Assembly: GCA_964510785.1 (NCBI GenBank)
Contig: CAZECM010000012.1
Coordinates: forward strand, 59 to 64,058
DNA: 64,000 bases
Direction: 5' to 3'
DNA from: an uncultured Cellulomonadaceae bacterium
Lineage (GTDB): Bacteria > Actinomycetota > Actinomycetes > Actinomycetales > Cellulomonadaceae
The position numbers and the translations under genes are program-made. Positions 63,508 through 64,000 of the stretch are shown here, one piece after another. Below the pieces are notes generated by a model that saw nothing but the letters and a program-made list of their open reading frames with translations, was not told the origin of the DNA and ran no database searches. How positions within the stretch are numbered: the stretch's first letter is position 1; every line of letters begins with the position of its first letter.

Positions 63508-64000
63508 ATGGCCATCGCCACCCCTGAGGTCTACGCCGAGCTGATCGACCGGGCCAAGTCCGGCAAGTTCGCCTACCCGGCGGTCAACGTCACGTCGTCC
63601 CAGACCCTCACCGCGGCGCTGCAGGGCTTCGCCGAGGCTGAGTCGGACGGCATCATCCAGGTCTCCGTCGGTGGGGCCGAGTACGCCTCCGGCTCGACGG
63701 TCAAGGACCGCGTCGCCGGTTCGCTCGCGCTCGCGGCCTACGCCGCCGAGGTCGCCAAGGGCTACCCGATCACCGTCGCGCTGCACACCGACCACTGCAC
63801 CAAGTCGAACCTCGACACCTGGGTGCGCCCGCTCCTCGCCCTCGAGGCCGAGCAGGTCAAGGCCGGCAAGAACCCCACGTTCCAGTCGCACATGTTCGAC
63901 GGCTCGGACATCCCGCTCGACGAGAACCTCGTCATCGCCGCGGAGCTCCTCGAGCTCTCTCAGGCGGCGCGCACGATCCTCGAGAGCGAGGTCGGCGTGG
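63508..64000 (+). CDS. fba: Class II fructose-bisphosphate aldolase, N-terminal 164 aa (3' end outside window)
   Basis: My own translation from ATG 63508 (RBS GCAGGAG): MAIATPEVYAELIDRAKSGKFAYPAVNVTSSQT...ALHTDHC...FQSHMFDGS. Closely parallels actinobacterial Fba. Absent from the ORF track because no stop falls in the window. Confidence 0.9.
   Translation, partial: MAIATPEVYAELIDRAKSGKFAYPAVNVTSSQTLTAALQGFAEAESDGIIQVSVGGAEYASGSTVKDRVAGSLALAAYAAEVAKGYPITVALHTDHCTKSNLDTWVRPLLALEAEQVKAGKNPTFQSHMFDGSDIPLDENLVIAAELLELSQAARTILESEVGV

Overview
High-GC actinobacterial chromosome segment (Micrococcales-like; the taxon cannot be fixed from this window). I can support about 57 protein-coding genes or gene remnants, one riboswitch, several hairpins and four internal repeat families. 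I recognised no rRNA, tRNA, CRISPR array, transposase or integrase. A housekeeping backbone (clpB ... xthA, pyrE ... trmH-like methyltransferase ... fba) is interrupted by two variable intervals. Interval 1 (2.5-34.4 kb) is a cell-wall glycopolymer locus. It holds seven glycosyltransferase genes, an MsbA/PglK-like ABC exporter, a polyprenyl-P-sugar-synthase-like GT2 with a DUF2304 partner, and a large GT-C-like membrane protein. It encodes all five enzyme types of the WbpA/B/E/D/I route to UDP-2,3-diacetamido-2,3-dideoxy-mannuronic acid. The locus is split by a lower-GC Fic (AMPylase) gene. It is also split by a 9.6-kb lower-GC sugar-acid catabolic island: an enolase-superfamily dehydratase, an HpcH aldolase, three unrelated oxidoreductases, a LacI regulator and an ABC importer. 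The two outer promoter regions of that island share an AT-rich operator-like motif. Next come a GH3 glycosidase, an NlpC/P60 wall hydrolase behind a c-di-AMP (ydaO-class) riboswitch, and housekeeping genes. Interval 2 (45.5-62.5 kb) holds three paralogous secreted NHL-propeller/Ig proteins with lysine-rich C-terminal Ig modules; two of them share 206 identical bp. It also holds a HisKA_3/NarL two-component pair whose neighbouring ABC ATPase gene is cut off after about 31 codons. Finally it holds a ~7.8-kb lower-GC module: a LAL/MalT-like regulator, an amidohydrolase, a FUSC-like protein, a DASS/TrkA-C transporter and a small exporter. That module is marked by a 140-bp direct repeat (a stray piece of the regulator gene). 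It also carries a conserved 82+23-nt leader element with a Met-rich uORF in front of both of its transcription units. The most novel-looking items are this repeat-marked regulator/leader-element module, the lysine-rich Ig modules shared by the wall hydrolase and the NHL proteins, the dispersed covarying hairpin element (2.4 kb and 44.4 kb), and the split diacetamido-uronic-acid polymer locus with its embedded Fic gene. All coordinates, alignments and GC estimates come from manual reading and should be recomputed.
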